A stretch of 33,994 nucleotides of DNA from a virus (Duplodnaviria > Heunggongvirae > Uroviricota > Caudoviricetes): IMG/VR virus record IMGVR_UViG_2585427621_000012; one strand, written 5' to 3'. The notes beneath the pieces were generated by a model. It saw nothing but the letters and a program-made list of their open reading frames with translations, did no database searches and was not told the origin of the DNA. Shown piece after piece: positions 1 to 8,916 of the stretch. The first letter of the stretch is position 1. Every line of letters begins with the position of its first letter. The translations under genes and the position numbers were made by a program.

Positions 1-1362
1 ATGTTTAAACCGGAACTCCTTTCCCCGGCGGGAACGCTGAAAAATATGCGTTACGCTTTCGCTTATGGCGCAGATGCTGTTTATGCGGGCCAGCCGCGTT
101 ACTCCCTGCGTGTGCGCAACAACGAATTCAACCACGAAAACCTTCAGCTCGGCATCAATGAAGCCCACGCGCTGGGGAAAAAGTTTTATGTCGTGGTCAA
201 CATTGCACCGCACAACGCCAAGCTGAAAACCTTTATCCGTGACCTGAAACCGGTGGTGGAAATGGGGCCGGATGCGCTGATTATGTCCGATCCAGGGCTG
301 ATTATGCTGGTGCGTGAGCACTTCCCTGAAATGCCGATCCATCTCTCGGTACAGGCTAACGCCGTGAACTGGGCGACGGTGAAATTCTGGCAGCAAATGG
401 GACTGACCCGCGTGATCCTCTCTCGCGAGCTGTCGCTGGAAGAGATTGAAGAGATCCGCAATCAGGTGCCGGATATGGAGATCGAGATCTTCGTTCACGG
501 CGCACTGTGCATGGCCTACTCCGGTCGCTGCCTGCTCTCTGGCTATATCAACAAGCGCGATCCGAACCAGGGTACCTGCACCAACGCCTGCCGCTGGGAG
601 TACAACGTCCAGGAAGGGAAAGAAGATGACGTTGGCAACATCGTACACAAGTACGAGCCGATTCCGGTGCAAAATGTTGAGCCGACGCTGGGTATCGGCG
701 CGCCAACCGACAAAGTGTTTATGATCGAAGAAGCCCAGCGTCCGGGCGAGTATATGACCGCGTTTGAAGATGAGCACGGCACTTACATCATGAACTCGAA
801 AGATCTGCGCGCCATCGCCCATGTAGAACGCCTGACCAAAATGGGCGTGCATTCGCTGAAAATCGAAGGCCGTACTAAATCTTTCTACTATTGCGCACGC
901 ACCGCACAGGTTTATCGTAAAGCTATCGATGATGCCGCTGCGGGCAAACCGTTCGATACCAGCCTGCTGGAAACTCTGGAAGGTCTGGCGCATCGTGGCT
1001 ATACCGAAGGTTTCCTGCGTCGTCATACTCACGACGATTATCAGAACTACGAATACGGTTATTCAGTTTCTGACCGCCAGCAGTTTGTTGGTGAGTTTAC
1101 CGGTGAGCGCAAGGGGGACCTCGCGGCGGTAGCGGTGAAAAATAAATTCTCCGTTGGCGACAGCCTTGAGCTGATGACGCCGCAAGGCAACATTAACTTT
1201 ACCCTTGAGCACATGGAAAACGCCAAAGGCGAAGCTATGCCGGTAGCACCAGGCGATGGTTATACTGTGTGGCTCCCGGTGCCGCAGGATCTTGAGCTAA
1301 ATTACGCGCTGCTGATGCGTAATTTCTCCGGGGAAACTACGCGTAACCCCCACGGTAAGTGA
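1..1362 (+). CDS. yegQ: U32-family peptidase-like protein YegQ (TrhP, tRNA hydroxylation)
   Basis: Complete 453-aa ORF from ATG at 1; sequence recognised as E. coli YegQ (MFKPELLSPAGTLKNMRYAFAYGADAVYAGQPRYSL...); host flank to the left of the prophage. Confidence 0.85.
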   Translation: MFKPELLSPAGTLKNMRYAFAYGADAVYAGQPRYSLRVRNNEFNHENLQLGINEAHALGKKFYVVVNIAPHNAKLKTFIRDLKPVVEMGPDALIMSDPGLIMLVREHFPEMPIHLSVQANAVNWATVKFWQQMGLTRVILSRELSLEEIEEIRNQVPDMEIEIFVHGALCMAYSGRCLLSGYINKRDPNQGTCTNACRWEYNVQEGKEDDVGNIVHKYEPIPVQNVEPTLGIGAPTDKVFMIEEAQRPGEYMTAFEDEHGTYIMNSKDLRAIAHVERLTKMGVHSLKIEGRTKSFYYCARTAQVYRKAIDDAAAGKPFDTSLLETLEGLAHRGYTEGFLRRHTHDDYQNYEYGYSVSDRQQFVGEFTGERKGDLAAVAVKNKFSVGDSLELMTPQGNINFTLEHMENAKGEAMPVAPGDGYTVWLPVPQDLELNYALLMRNFSGETTRNPHGK

Positions 1363-1396
1363 TTAATTTCGATTATTTTTCCCGGATGGAAAATTC

Positions 1397-1412
1397 TTAG
1401 AAACCGATCACA
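1397..1412 (+). promoter_or_regulatory. Putative CRP site (TTAGA-N6-TCACA) and TATCAT -10 (1434-1439) of the cyaR promoter
   Basis: Half-site TCACA with 6-nt spacer, centred about 42 nt upstream of the inferred cyaR 5' end; cyaR is known to be CRP-activated. Confidence 0.35.
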
Positions 1413-1446
1413 TACAGCTGCATTTATTAAGGTTATCATCCGTTTC

Positions 1447-1533
1447 GCTGAAAAACATAACCCATAAAATGCTAGCTGTACCAGGAACCACCTCCTTAGC
1501 CTGTGTAATCTCCCTTACACGGGCTTATTTTTT
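1447..1533 (+). ncRNA. cyaR: CyaR (RyeE) Hfq-dependent small RNA
   Basis: Matches the remembered CyaR sequence GCTGAAAAACATAACCCATAAAATGCTAGCTGTACCAGGAACCACCTCCTTAGCCTGTGTAATCTCCCTTACACGGGCTTATTTTTT; terminator hairpin CCTGTGTAA/TTACACGGG followed by a U-run. Confidence 0.8.
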
Positions 1534-1534
1534 A
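1507..1534. repeat. att core, left copy (AATCTCCCTTACACGGGCTTATTTTTTA), overlapping the 3' end of cyaR
   Basis: Identical 28-bp copy at 33492-33519; reverse complement matches the remembered 27-bp P2 att core AAAAAATAAGCCCGTGTAAGGGAGATT. Confidence 0.8.
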
Positions 1535-1596
1535 CGCGTAATACAATGAAATAAAAGGATTTATTTCTGGTCACGTCCACATATTGACCACATCGA

Positions 1597-1623
1597 CAAA
1601 AAAAGCCCCTCAACTGAGGGGCT
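1597..1623 (-). terminator. Rho-independent terminator downstream of ogr
   Basis: Hairpin AGCCCCTC-aact-GAGGGGCT; on the minus strand it is followed by a T-run (plus-strand A-run 1597-1604). Confidence 0.5.
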
Positions 1624-1635
1624 TTCTGTTTGTAA

Positions 1636-1854
1636 TTACATCCACATAATTTGCTGCCCTGACGGCAACGGGTGCGGTCTTACGGCGTGGACTTCTCCCG
1701 GCTTCACGATGTATCGCTGTACCGACTCATAAGTGATGAACGTGGCGCTGCAATTCACGTTCTGACACTGGTGATAACGCTCTTTTGTCGTGTCAGTGAT
1801 ATAGCGACTTGTACGCGCATGTGCGGCATGCTGGCATAAAGGACAATGAAACAT
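1636..1854 (-). CDS. ogr: Late-gene transcriptional activator Ogr (zinc-finger)
   Basis: 72-aa product MFHCPLCQHAAHARTSRYITDTTKERYHQCQNVNCSATF... recognised as P2 Ogr; the 93-aa track ORF has a spurious N-terminal extension. Confidence 0.9.
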   Translation of the reverse strand: MFHCPLCQHAAHARTSRYITDTTKERYHQCQNVNCSATFITYESVQRYIVKPGEVHAVRPHPLPSGQQIMWM

Positions 1855-1935
1855 CGCGAGCACCTCTTCCGGTTTTGTTGATGGTGCCATTTTAGTTAAT
1901 TTATCCTTATAAAACAAACAGATAAAATAAAAACA

Positions 1936-3099
1936 TCATTCATCATCTTCTGTTTCGTATTCCACATCAGAAAGCCTGACCTCAAGCTCTAAGGACGTCG
2001 TGAAGCCGCTATTATTCAGAAAATGTGTCACCTTAGTGATGGTCCAGTCCTGCTCGTCTATGACGCGCTTAAAGCCTGACACTCTGACCGGTGTTTCCGT
2101 GTAAATATCTGCACGACCGGTAGCCAGGATGATGGAGAACTCCGCAACGCCCCGTTGCAGTTTGTCCCACTTCGCCTGAGCAGCACGCATGGCCTGTGCT
2201 TTCGTGGCATATACCGTGGTCAGGGCAAAAACGTTGTCAGCCTCACCGGCCATGTATTCACCTTCGCGCGCTTCCGGTACTTTTGGCGCTTTCTTCTGCC
2301 TGACCGGTTTCGCTTTCGGGTGCTCCAGTGCGCGCAGGTGTTTCTCTTTCTTTTTGCGTTTCAGTTTTACCTTCTGCTTTTGCGGTTTCGGGTCTTTGGT
2401 GTGTAACCACTTTGCCGTTACACCGGTATAGGCTCCACGGTCAGCAATCGCAAAATGATGGCGGTCGCCGTCGCTGCGGGTTATGGTGACCTGCGGGATT
2501 TTTTTACCGCTGGCCGTCACCCCCTGCCCCGCTTTGAGAAACAACAGTTTTCCCATTTTTACCGAGACCTCACCGCCGTTGCGTTCAGCAAGGCGGGTCA
2601 GGAATTTTGCATCAGACTCCTGCGACTGGTCGATGTGCGGGATTTTAATTCCGGCCAGTGACGGCGCGACACTGGCTTCCAGCCTGTTACGGGAGGCTAT
2701 TGCCTCAACAATCGCACCGAGCGTGGTGTCATGCCAGGAGTCTTCACGGCGGGAATTGAGCGTCCCGCGAAAATCTGCACTCCGGGCGCGGATGGTGACC
2801 ACATCCGGCGCGCCCCGGTGTTCAACCTCATCAACGGTAAATTTCCCTTTGCATACCAGGGCAAAACCTTTCCAGCCGATATACACCGTCAGGACAGCGC
2901 CACGAATCGGCAGCCCGACCTGCCCGTCGGCATCGTTCAGTTCAATATCAAGCTGGTCAGCCTCAAAGCCCCGGTTATCCGTCAGAGTCATGCTCATCAG
3001 ACGGTCGCTGATATTGCCGGTAATATCCCTGCTGTCGAGCATCAGCATGTAATCCGGCGTCAGCGTACTGCCTGCATCAAATGTCAGTGCATCCAGCAT
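1936..3099 (-). CDS. D: Tail protein gpD
   Basis: 387-aa ORF, P2 gpD-like in sequence and in position (between ogr and U). Confidence 0.9.
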   Translation of the reverse strand: MLDALTFDAGSTLTPDYMLMLDSRDITGNISDRLMSMTLTDNRGFEADQLDIELNDADGQVGLPIRGAVLTVYIGWKGFALVCKGKFTVDEVEHRGAPDVVTIRARSADFRGTLNSRREDSWHDTTLGAIVEAIASRNRLEASVAPSLAGIKIPHIDQSQESDAKFLTRLAERNGGEVSVKMGKLLFLKAGQGVTASGKKIPQVTITRSDGDRHHFAIADRGAYTGVTAKWLHTKDPKPQKQKVKLKRKKKEKHLRALEHPKAKPVRQKKAPKVPEAREGEYMAGEADNVFALTTVYATKAQAMRAAQAKWDKLQRGVAEFSIILATGRADIYTETPVRVSGFKRVIDEQDWTITKVTHFLNNSGFTTSLELEVRLSDVEYETEDDE

Positions 3100-3578
3100 T
3101 ATCCCGCCCCCGTCATACCTGTGAATTTAGTCGCCATACTGCCAGCCTTACCGATGAGCGATTCCGCCTGTTTACCGATATCGCCATAAAGCGCGGCCAG
3201 TGGTTCGTCAACGCGGGTGAGCGACAGCGTAAAATCAATTTTTCGGGGTGTGCCGTCTGCAAAGAAAATACTCCCTGTTTCACTCACCCTGCTGATGACA
3301 TACATGCCGTAAATCATGCCGGTGCCATCCAGCAACGGCCACGCCCGACCTTCCTCTGCCATCAGCCTGAGCGTGGTCATCGTCAGCTTGCCGCCGGTCA
3401 GTTCGGGATAAAGCACACCGGCCAGCGTCATGTTTTCCTCGCCAACGCCGAGAAACTGGTAGGCATCCCGTTTACCGATACGGGAATTTGACGGCCAGCG
3501 ATAATCTGATTCACGCTGCATGGTCTGGTGTGGCAGCGTCTGGCGCATAAAAACAAACATACCTAACGCGAGCATCAT
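3099..3578 (-). CDS. U: Tail protein gpU
   Basis: 159-aa ORF, same size and position as P2 gpU; overlaps the D start. Confidence 0.85.
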   Translation of the reverse strand: MMLALGMFVFMRQTLPHQTMQRESDYRWPSNSRIGKRDAYQFLGVGEENMTLAGVLYPELTGGKLTMTTLRLMAEEGRAWPLLDGTGMIYGMYVISRVSETGSIFFADGTPRKIDFTLSLTRVDEPLAALYGDIGKQAESLIGKAGSMATKFTGMTGAG

Positions 3579-3592
3579 TTTTCGTCACCTCC

Positions 3593-6040
3593 TTAACCGT
3601 CATGCATCATGCTGGCACGGGCGCGCGCACGTTTATCCCGCTCGTATTTTTCGAGCGCATCCTGTAACTGGCGGTCAAGCTGTGTCCCCGGCGCAGTACC
3701 ACCCGTCAGGCTGATGTGATATTCGTTTTTACTCTGGTCCACATAAGAGCGGCCAGCCGGTGCCGTGACCGGCTGATAAGCCTGATAGCCTGCATAAGAG
3801 CTGGTCGCCGGAATATAACCACCGGTGCCATACGTGGCGGCATGAGTTCTGGCGGCGGTCTGGTCAAGTGTGTCTGACTCTTTGTTGATAACACCGAGTT
3901 TTTCCAGTACCCAGTCAATACCACTGCGCAGTTTGTTGAACGCATTAAGCGGCAGCATCAACGCGTCAGCCAGTGCCTGCCCGAACATGACGCCCGTGTC
4001 ACGGCAACGGTTCAGGGTGTCCTGGGTGGCTTTGACCGGGGCAATCAGTTTTTTAAACCACTGCCACGCGGCCTGTAACTTTTCACCCAGCCAGTCAAAC
4101 AGCGGCTTAAGTGGCGTGAACAGTTCCCCCACCGGCGCAAATGCAGCTTTCAGCCCTTCAACCACACCGCCAAAGAATGCGCTGACAGGCTCCCAGTATT
4201 TACGGATAAGCAACGCCCCGGCGACAATTGCAGCCACCACGGCCACAACCGGCCAGCTAATCGCCCCGATGGCCGTCATAACAGCACTGCCAACCGTCGT
4301 GAAGATTGCCCCCATTGCGCCTGCTGCCGCGATGATGGCATTAATGCCGGTGATAACCGGCCAGGCTACAAGACCAATTGCACCGATGATGCCAATAAGC
4401 GCCAGTGCGCCACCGACAATAAGGCCGATGGTTGACGCCAGTGATTTGTTTTTCTGGATCCAGCCGTCGAGTTTTAACACATACTTTGTGGCCGTCTGCG
4501 TGAGATTACGCAGTGCGCCTTCCTGTTGGTCAAACAGGTCAGTCCCCACCGCCTCATAAGCGGACTGAAACTCCTTAAAGTCACCGCCGAGGTTGTCCTG
4601 CATGATATTTACCAGCTCTGCGGTCTTCCCGTCTGAGGCTTTAAACGCAGCGGTCAGTTTGTCCAGCTTTCCGGTTGAGGCGGCAGTCATCAGCACGGCG
4701 GCGGCTGAACTGGCCTCCTCCCCGAAAATGGTTTTCATGTATTCAGCCTGCTGGGCAGTACCGAGCCGGTTTTTCTCAAAACTGGCCTGCATTTCTTTCA
4801 GAATGGTAAATATTGGTCGGGTATTCCCCTTGCTGTCTGAGGTTTTCACTCCAAGCTCTTTGAGTGCATCCCATGCTTTTCCCGTCGGTGCCTGCAGGCG
4901 ACTTAACACGGCACGGCTTCCCGTCCCCGCCATTGAGCCTGTGATTTTTGCATCATGCAGCGCCCCGACCATTGCGGCGGTTTCTTCAATGCTGACACCG
5001 GCATTTTTTGCCACAGGTGCGGCATAGGTCAGCGCATCGCTCATACCGTCAAAATCGGCGGCGGTTTTGTTCATCGTCATGGAGAGAACATCCCCGATAT
5101 GAGCAACCTTATCGTTTGAAAGCTGAAAGGCAGATTTCATCCCCATCAGCAGGGCGGCGTTTTCTTCCATCGTGCGACGGTTCGCCAGCGCCATATTCAG
5201 CGTGACCGGCGTTGCCGCCTGAATGGCATCAACATCCCCACCCGCTTTCGCGATGATAATCTGTGCACCGGCCGCATCATCCGCCGAGGCGGCGGTATTG
5301 TCGCCGAGCTGGCGCGCCTGCTTGCGTAGCGCGGCCATTTCGGCGGAGTCTTTTGCCACACCGAGCACGGCCTGTAATTCTGAGTTTTTCTGCGCAAATT
5401 CATAACCGGGCATCAGCAGCTTAACACCGGCCATCGTTCCCGCCGCCGCAATCCCCACACCGGCAGCGCCCACTGAGGCCATATTTCCGGCCAGCTCCTT
5501 TCCTGCCTGATAGCGCTGTTTTACTGCGTTAAGTTTTGCCTGTTGCGCACTGACACGCGCCAGCGCGTCACGCTGCCGGTTAAGCTGTGCGGTGGTTTCA
5601 CTGATACGGTTTTTCAGCCCCAGCTCATCATGTGCAAGATTGCGGGTATTAATTCCCACAGCGGCCAGTTCCCGCTGCTGGCGTTTAACGGAATCCGTCA
5701 GGCGGTTATATTTCGCCTGTAAGTCCTCCGCCGCACGCTTTGCGGATTCCAGCACTTTCGCCTGAGCACGGGTCGGACGTTCGGTGTTTTTAAACTGTGT
5801 GGCAAGGGCTTCGGCCTCCTGCCGTGCCTTTTCAAGTGCATGACCAGTCACGGCGAGCTGTGCGCTGGTCTTGCGGAATCCCTCAATACGGGATGCCTGC
5901 CCGTTCAGCTCGCGCAGTGATTTTTGTGTTTCCCGGATATCCCCCGACAGCGACTTACTCGCTGTGCGGATGGATTTAAACGGGCGGGATGCCTGGTCAA
6001 CAGCCCTGAGCAATACCTGTAATTTTACATTGTTACTCAT
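3593..6040 (-). CDS. T: Tail tape-measure protein gpT
   Basis: 815-aa ORF, Ala/Gly-rich with coiled-coil and hydrophobic segments; P2 gpT size and position. Confidence 0.9.
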   Translation of the reverse strand: MSNNVKLQVLLRAVDQASRPFKSIRTASKSLSGDIRETQKSLRELNGQASRIEGFRKTSAQLAVTGHALEKARQEAEALATQFKNTERPTRAQAKVLESAKRAAEDLQAKYNRLTDSVKRQQRELAAVGINTRNLAHDELGLKNRISETTAQLNRQRDALARVSAQQAKLNAVKQRYQAGKELAGNMASVGAAGVGIAAAGTMAGVKLLMPGYEFAQKNSELQAVLGVAKDSAEMAALRKQARQLGDNTAASADDAAGAQIIIAKAGGDVDAIQAATPVTLNMALANRRTMEENAALLMGMKSAFQLSNDKVAHIGDVLSMTMNKTAADFDGMSDALTYAAPVAKNAGVSIEETAAMVGALHDAKITGSMAGTGSRAVLSRLQAPTGKAWDALKELGVKTSDSKGNTRPIFTILKEMQASFEKNRLGTAQQAEYMKTIFGEEASSAAAVLMTAASTGKLDKLTAAFKASDGKTAELVNIMQDNLGGDFKEFQSAYEAVGTDLFDQQEGALRNLTQTATKYVLKLDGWIQKNKSLASTIGLIVGGALALIGIIGAIGLVAWPVITGINAIIAAAGAMGAIFTTVGSAVMTAIGAISWPVVAVVAAIVAGALLIRKYWEPVSAFFGGVVEGLKAAFAPVGELFTPLKPLFDWLGEKLQAAWQWFKKLIAPVKATQDTLNRCRDTGVMFGQALADALMLPLNAFNKLRSGIDWVLEKLGVINKESDTLDQTAARTHAATYGTGGYIPATSSYAGYQAYQPVTAPAGRSYVDQSKNEYHISLTGGTAPGTQLDRQLQDALEKYERDKRARARASMMHDG

Positions 6041-6460
6041 TCGTGTTTCCGCTTCGCCTGAGCGCCTTTTCGCGCCATGTGATGAGTTCGGTCAGGCTCA
6101 TGGGATACAGTTCTGATGGCGGCCAGTGAAATACCACTGCCACATCCGCCATCAGGTCATCGACCGAGAGATTTTTCGGAAACGTCACTGCACCGAGTTC
6201 GGCGACAAAAAACCGACCACCTTACCGGCCAGCGCCACAAGGTCAGGCAGTTCCAGCGCGGCGACCTCCTGTTCGGTCAGCATCGGTGCCGTCATGCGCG
6301 GCAGCACTTTAATCAGTGCATCGACTTCGGAGTTCGCGACCGCAGCCAGACTGACACCGCGCAGCGTCCCGGCATTGGGTTTCATCAGCGTGACCTGTTC
6401 GATAACCTGCTCACCACGCTTGACCGGATTGTCCAGGGTAATCACATTTTCTTTGTTCAT
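6033..6460 (-). CDS. Tail assembly chaperone E+E' fusion produced by a -1 programmed frameshift
   Basis: After the T_TTT_TTG slip the -1 frame stays open for 57 codons to a TAA at 6035-6033, overlapping the T start; total 142 aa, as for P2 E+E'. Confidence 0.7.
6185..6460 (-). CDS. E: Tail assembly chaperone gpE
   Basis: 91-aa ORF in the P2 gpE position between FII and T. Confidence 0.85.
   Translation of the reverse strand: MNKENVITLDNPVKRGEQVIEQVTLMKPNAGTLRGVSLAAVANSEVDALIKVLPRMTAPMLTEQEVAALELPDLVALAGKVVGFLSPNSVQ
6206..6212 (-). other. Slippery heptamer T_TTT_TTG for the E to E' -1 frameshift
   Basis: Minus-strand TTTTTTG covering codons F84-L85 of gpE (plus-strand CAAAAAA). Confidence 0.7.
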
Positions 6461-6516
6461 GGTTTTCTCACTTCTGAATCAGGGTTAACCGGTCAGCCTG
6501 GCTGACCGGATGAAAA

Positions 6517-7035
6517 TCACAGGCCGATATTGCGGCGGTGTTGCTCCAGCCGGTCGACGCCGTTCACCTTCTCAATCATGTTGATGGTGTCGATTTCGAC
6601 CAGCTCCTTACCGTCCATCGTCAGCCGGAAATAGGTGCAGACCACGGAGATTTTCGACTCGGTGTCTTCTCCCTGTTTACCCTCGCCGGTGTCGATTTCT
6701 TTCTGACGGCCACGCATGACCACCTCGACGGCCACCGTTTCGCCGGTATCGTCGCGCTGGTAAGAGCCTGCAAAACGAATCGGTACGGCATCCACACCGG
6801 TTGCGGCGTAAAGCTCCCAGATAACCGAATCCGGGAAGCCACCGAGCGACCACTCCATTGACAGCGCATCGTCATCAAGGCCGAGGTCTACCGGTGCGCT
6901 GCCATTCATCCCCGCACCGCGATAGTTTTCGAGCTTACGGGTCAGTTTTGGCAGCGTGACGGACTTCGCGACGCCCTGATAGCTGTAGCCGTTCAGAAAG
7001 ACGTTCATTAACTTGAGTTTGCGCGGCATTGCCAT
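6517..7035 (-). CDS. FII: Tail tube protein gpFII
   Basis: 172-aa ORF, P2 FII size and position. Confidence 0.9.
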   Translation of the reverse strand: MAMPRKLKLMNVFLNGYSYQGVAKSVTLPKLTRKLENYRGAGMNGSAPVDLGLDDDALSMEWSLGGFPDSVIWELYAATGVDAVPIRFAGSYQRDDTGETVAVEVVMRGRQKEIDTGEGKQGEDTESKISVVCTYFRLTMDGKELVEIDTINMIEKVNGVDRLEQHRRNIGL

Positions 7036-7047
7036 CGGTCAGGCTCC

Positions 7048-8238
7048 TTAATTGCTGTTAACCGAGGTGACCAGATTTGCCAGGTATTTATCGGTGATAC
7101 GCTGGCGCAGGGTCAGGTTTTCAAGAGGAGGTACCGGTGTATAGTCGTAGTCGATATACAGTTTTCCGGCCTTGAGGGTTTCCGCATCGCTGGATTCTTC
7201 GCTGAACCAGCAGGTCGCATCCACGATATAGCCGTTTGTTTTCAGCTCACGGAATTTGGCATTGATGCCGTCAACGATGTCGCGAATCAGCGTTGCGGTG
7301 ATGGGCTTGTCCACCGCCCACATGTGCGCCTCAGCCATCGTGTCGGCCAGCACCTGCGCGGTGCGGGTGTAGTTTTCAAAGAGGAACAGCGGGTCATCAG
7401 AGCAGGTACGGTTACCCCAGAAGCGGAAACCGTCGCGGCGAATCAGCGTAGTGACGCCTGACTCGTTAAGCAGGTCAGCATCGGTGCCGGACTCCTGCAA
7501 ATCCCAGAATACAGATGCGCTGATGCCGTTAACACCGTTTACCCCGACGTTGGACAGCGTTTTATGCCAGCCCTGCTCCTGGTCGATTTTCGCGCGCAGA
7601 CCCAGCGCACGGGCGGTGGCATACGCGGTGGCGGTGGTGCTGCTGACCGTATCCCATGCGAGGAAATCCAGCCAGATGACCATCAGCTCACGCTGGCTGA
7701 AATTCTGGCGGTAGGCTTTCACCTCGGAAATGGTTTTACAGCCCCATGCGCTGATATACCCGAAAGCGCGCAGCTTCTGACAGACTGATGCCAGTGCAAC
7801 AGCCACCTCTTTGGTGTCCAGTCCCGGCACGCCGAGAATACGCGGTTTAACACCGGTTACCGACTCTGCCGCCAGCAGGGCTTTCAGTCCGGTATACTGA
7901 CCGTTTTCGTCAGTGGTGCCGATGATATTGGAAACGGTCTGCGCGAGTTTCGTTTCTTCGTCGTCGCCGGTGCCGTCTTCAACACGCACGACAACGGTAA
8001 CCGGTTTTGACTGGTCAGCGATGGCCTGCAACGATGCCGCCAGCGTGCCTTTTTTACCGGCCTTTGCAATTGCGCTCTGCACATTGGTAATCAGCACAGG
8101 TTTATTGAGGGGGAAGGTTTCCGCATCCGCATCGCTGGCCGTGCAGACCATGCCGACAATGGCGGTGGATACGGTGGAAATGACGCGGGTGCCGTCGTTA
8201 ATCTCCAGCACCTGCACGCCGTGATGATAATCACTCAT
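7048..8238 (-). CDS. FI: Contractile tail sheath protein gpFI
   Basis: 396-aa ORF, P2 FI size and position. Confidence 0.9.
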   Translation of the reverse strand: MSDYHHGVQVLEINDGTRVISTVSTAIVGMVCTASDADAETFPLNKPVLITNVQSAIAKAGKKGTLAASLQAIADQSKPVTVVVRVEDGTGDDEETKLAQTVSNIIGTTDENGQYTGLKALLAAESVTGVKPRILGVPGLDTKEVAVALASVCQKLRAFGYISAWGCKTISEVKAYRQNFSQRELMVIWLDFLAWDTVSSTTATAYATARALGLRAKIDQEQGWHKTLSNVGVNGVNGISASVFWDLQESGTDADLLNESGVTTLIRRDGFRFWGNRTCSDDPLFLFENYTRTAQVLADTMAEAHMWAVDKPITATLIRDIVDGINAKFRELKTNGYIVDATCWFSEESSDAETLKAGKLYIDYDYTPVPPLENLTLRQRITDKYLANLVTSVNSN

Positions 8239-8296
8239 CCGTTTAACTCCGTGGTTAATGGGTGAGTGATATTTCAGTTGTGCCGGAGATGTCAGG

Positions 8297-8890
8297 CTAT
8301 TTGTCCCGGTTGGCTAAGGGATGACACAATTTATTCTTTGTCGCTGATGAGGGGAATTTTTTATAGAGCGTGGACAGGCCAATATCAAAAATCAGCGCCA
8401 CACGTTGACGAGATTCCCCCGCAGCCAGCAACCGTCCGACCTGCTCCCACTCACTCGTGGTGAGTTTCGGTCGTCTGCCACCAATACGACCTTTGGCTCT
8501 GGCCGCTTCCAGTCCGGCGCGTGTCCGCTCGACAATGAGTTCTCGCTCCATTTCTGCCAGGGCCCCCATCACATGAAAGAAAAAGCGCCCCATCGGCGTG
8601 CTGGTATCAATAGCATCCGTCAGGCTGCGAAAATTAACGCCGCGTTCGCGCAGTTCCTCAACCAGAATGACCAGATGCCGCATACTACGCCCCAGCCTAT
8701 CCAGCTTCCAGACTACCAGAGTGTCACCTGCTGATAATGTTCTGAGCAGTTTTTTCAGTCCCGGTCGGTCGGACTTCGTGCCGCTGATTTTATCCTCAAA
8801 ATCAGCTCACATCCTGCACACTCCAGCGCATTACGCTGCAATTCCGTGTTCTGGTCATTTGTTGACACGCGTACATAGCCAATAAGCATG
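8297..8890 (-). pseudogene. Serine DNA invertase (Gin/Hin/Pin/Cin family), frameshifted as sequenced
   Basis: N-terminus MLIGYVRVSTNDQNTELQRNALECAGCE (8890 downwards) and C-terminal 128-aa ORF (...VVWKLDRLGRSMRHLV...GRIGGRRPKLT...) are in different frames; one missing base in a T-run (plus-strand A-run 8788-8791) relative to the expected ...ELIFEDKISGTK... reading. Confidence 0.7.
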
Positions 8891-8916
8891 AGCATCTCCC
8901 TGAATAAAAACCGGAG

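Noticed and set aside
1855-1917. N-terminal extensions of track ORFs for ogr (also X 17135-17203, L 17644-17703, O 20477-20542, P 20620-20649, C 31913-31984, int 32294-32398, orf78 31578-31601)
   Set aside because: Products starting at internal Met match known P2 protein lengths (72, 67, 169, 284, 590, 99, 337, 56 aa); the extensions would overlap upstream genes or regulatory regions.
2155-3491. Several plus-strand ORFs of 68-189 aa (for example 2483-3052, 2731-3189, 3081-3491) overlapping gpD and gpU
   Set aside because: They lie antisense to well-supported P2 genes, have low-complexity or Arg/Ser/Pro-rich translations typical of reverse-frame artefacts, and lack ribosome-binding sites.
3870-5405. 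Plus-strand ORFs (229, 144, 65, 60 aa) and a nested minus-strand ORF (5197-5403) inside the tape-measure gene
   Set aside because: Antisense or off-frame within gpT, whose Ala/Gly-rich repetitive sequence generates long spurious ORFs.
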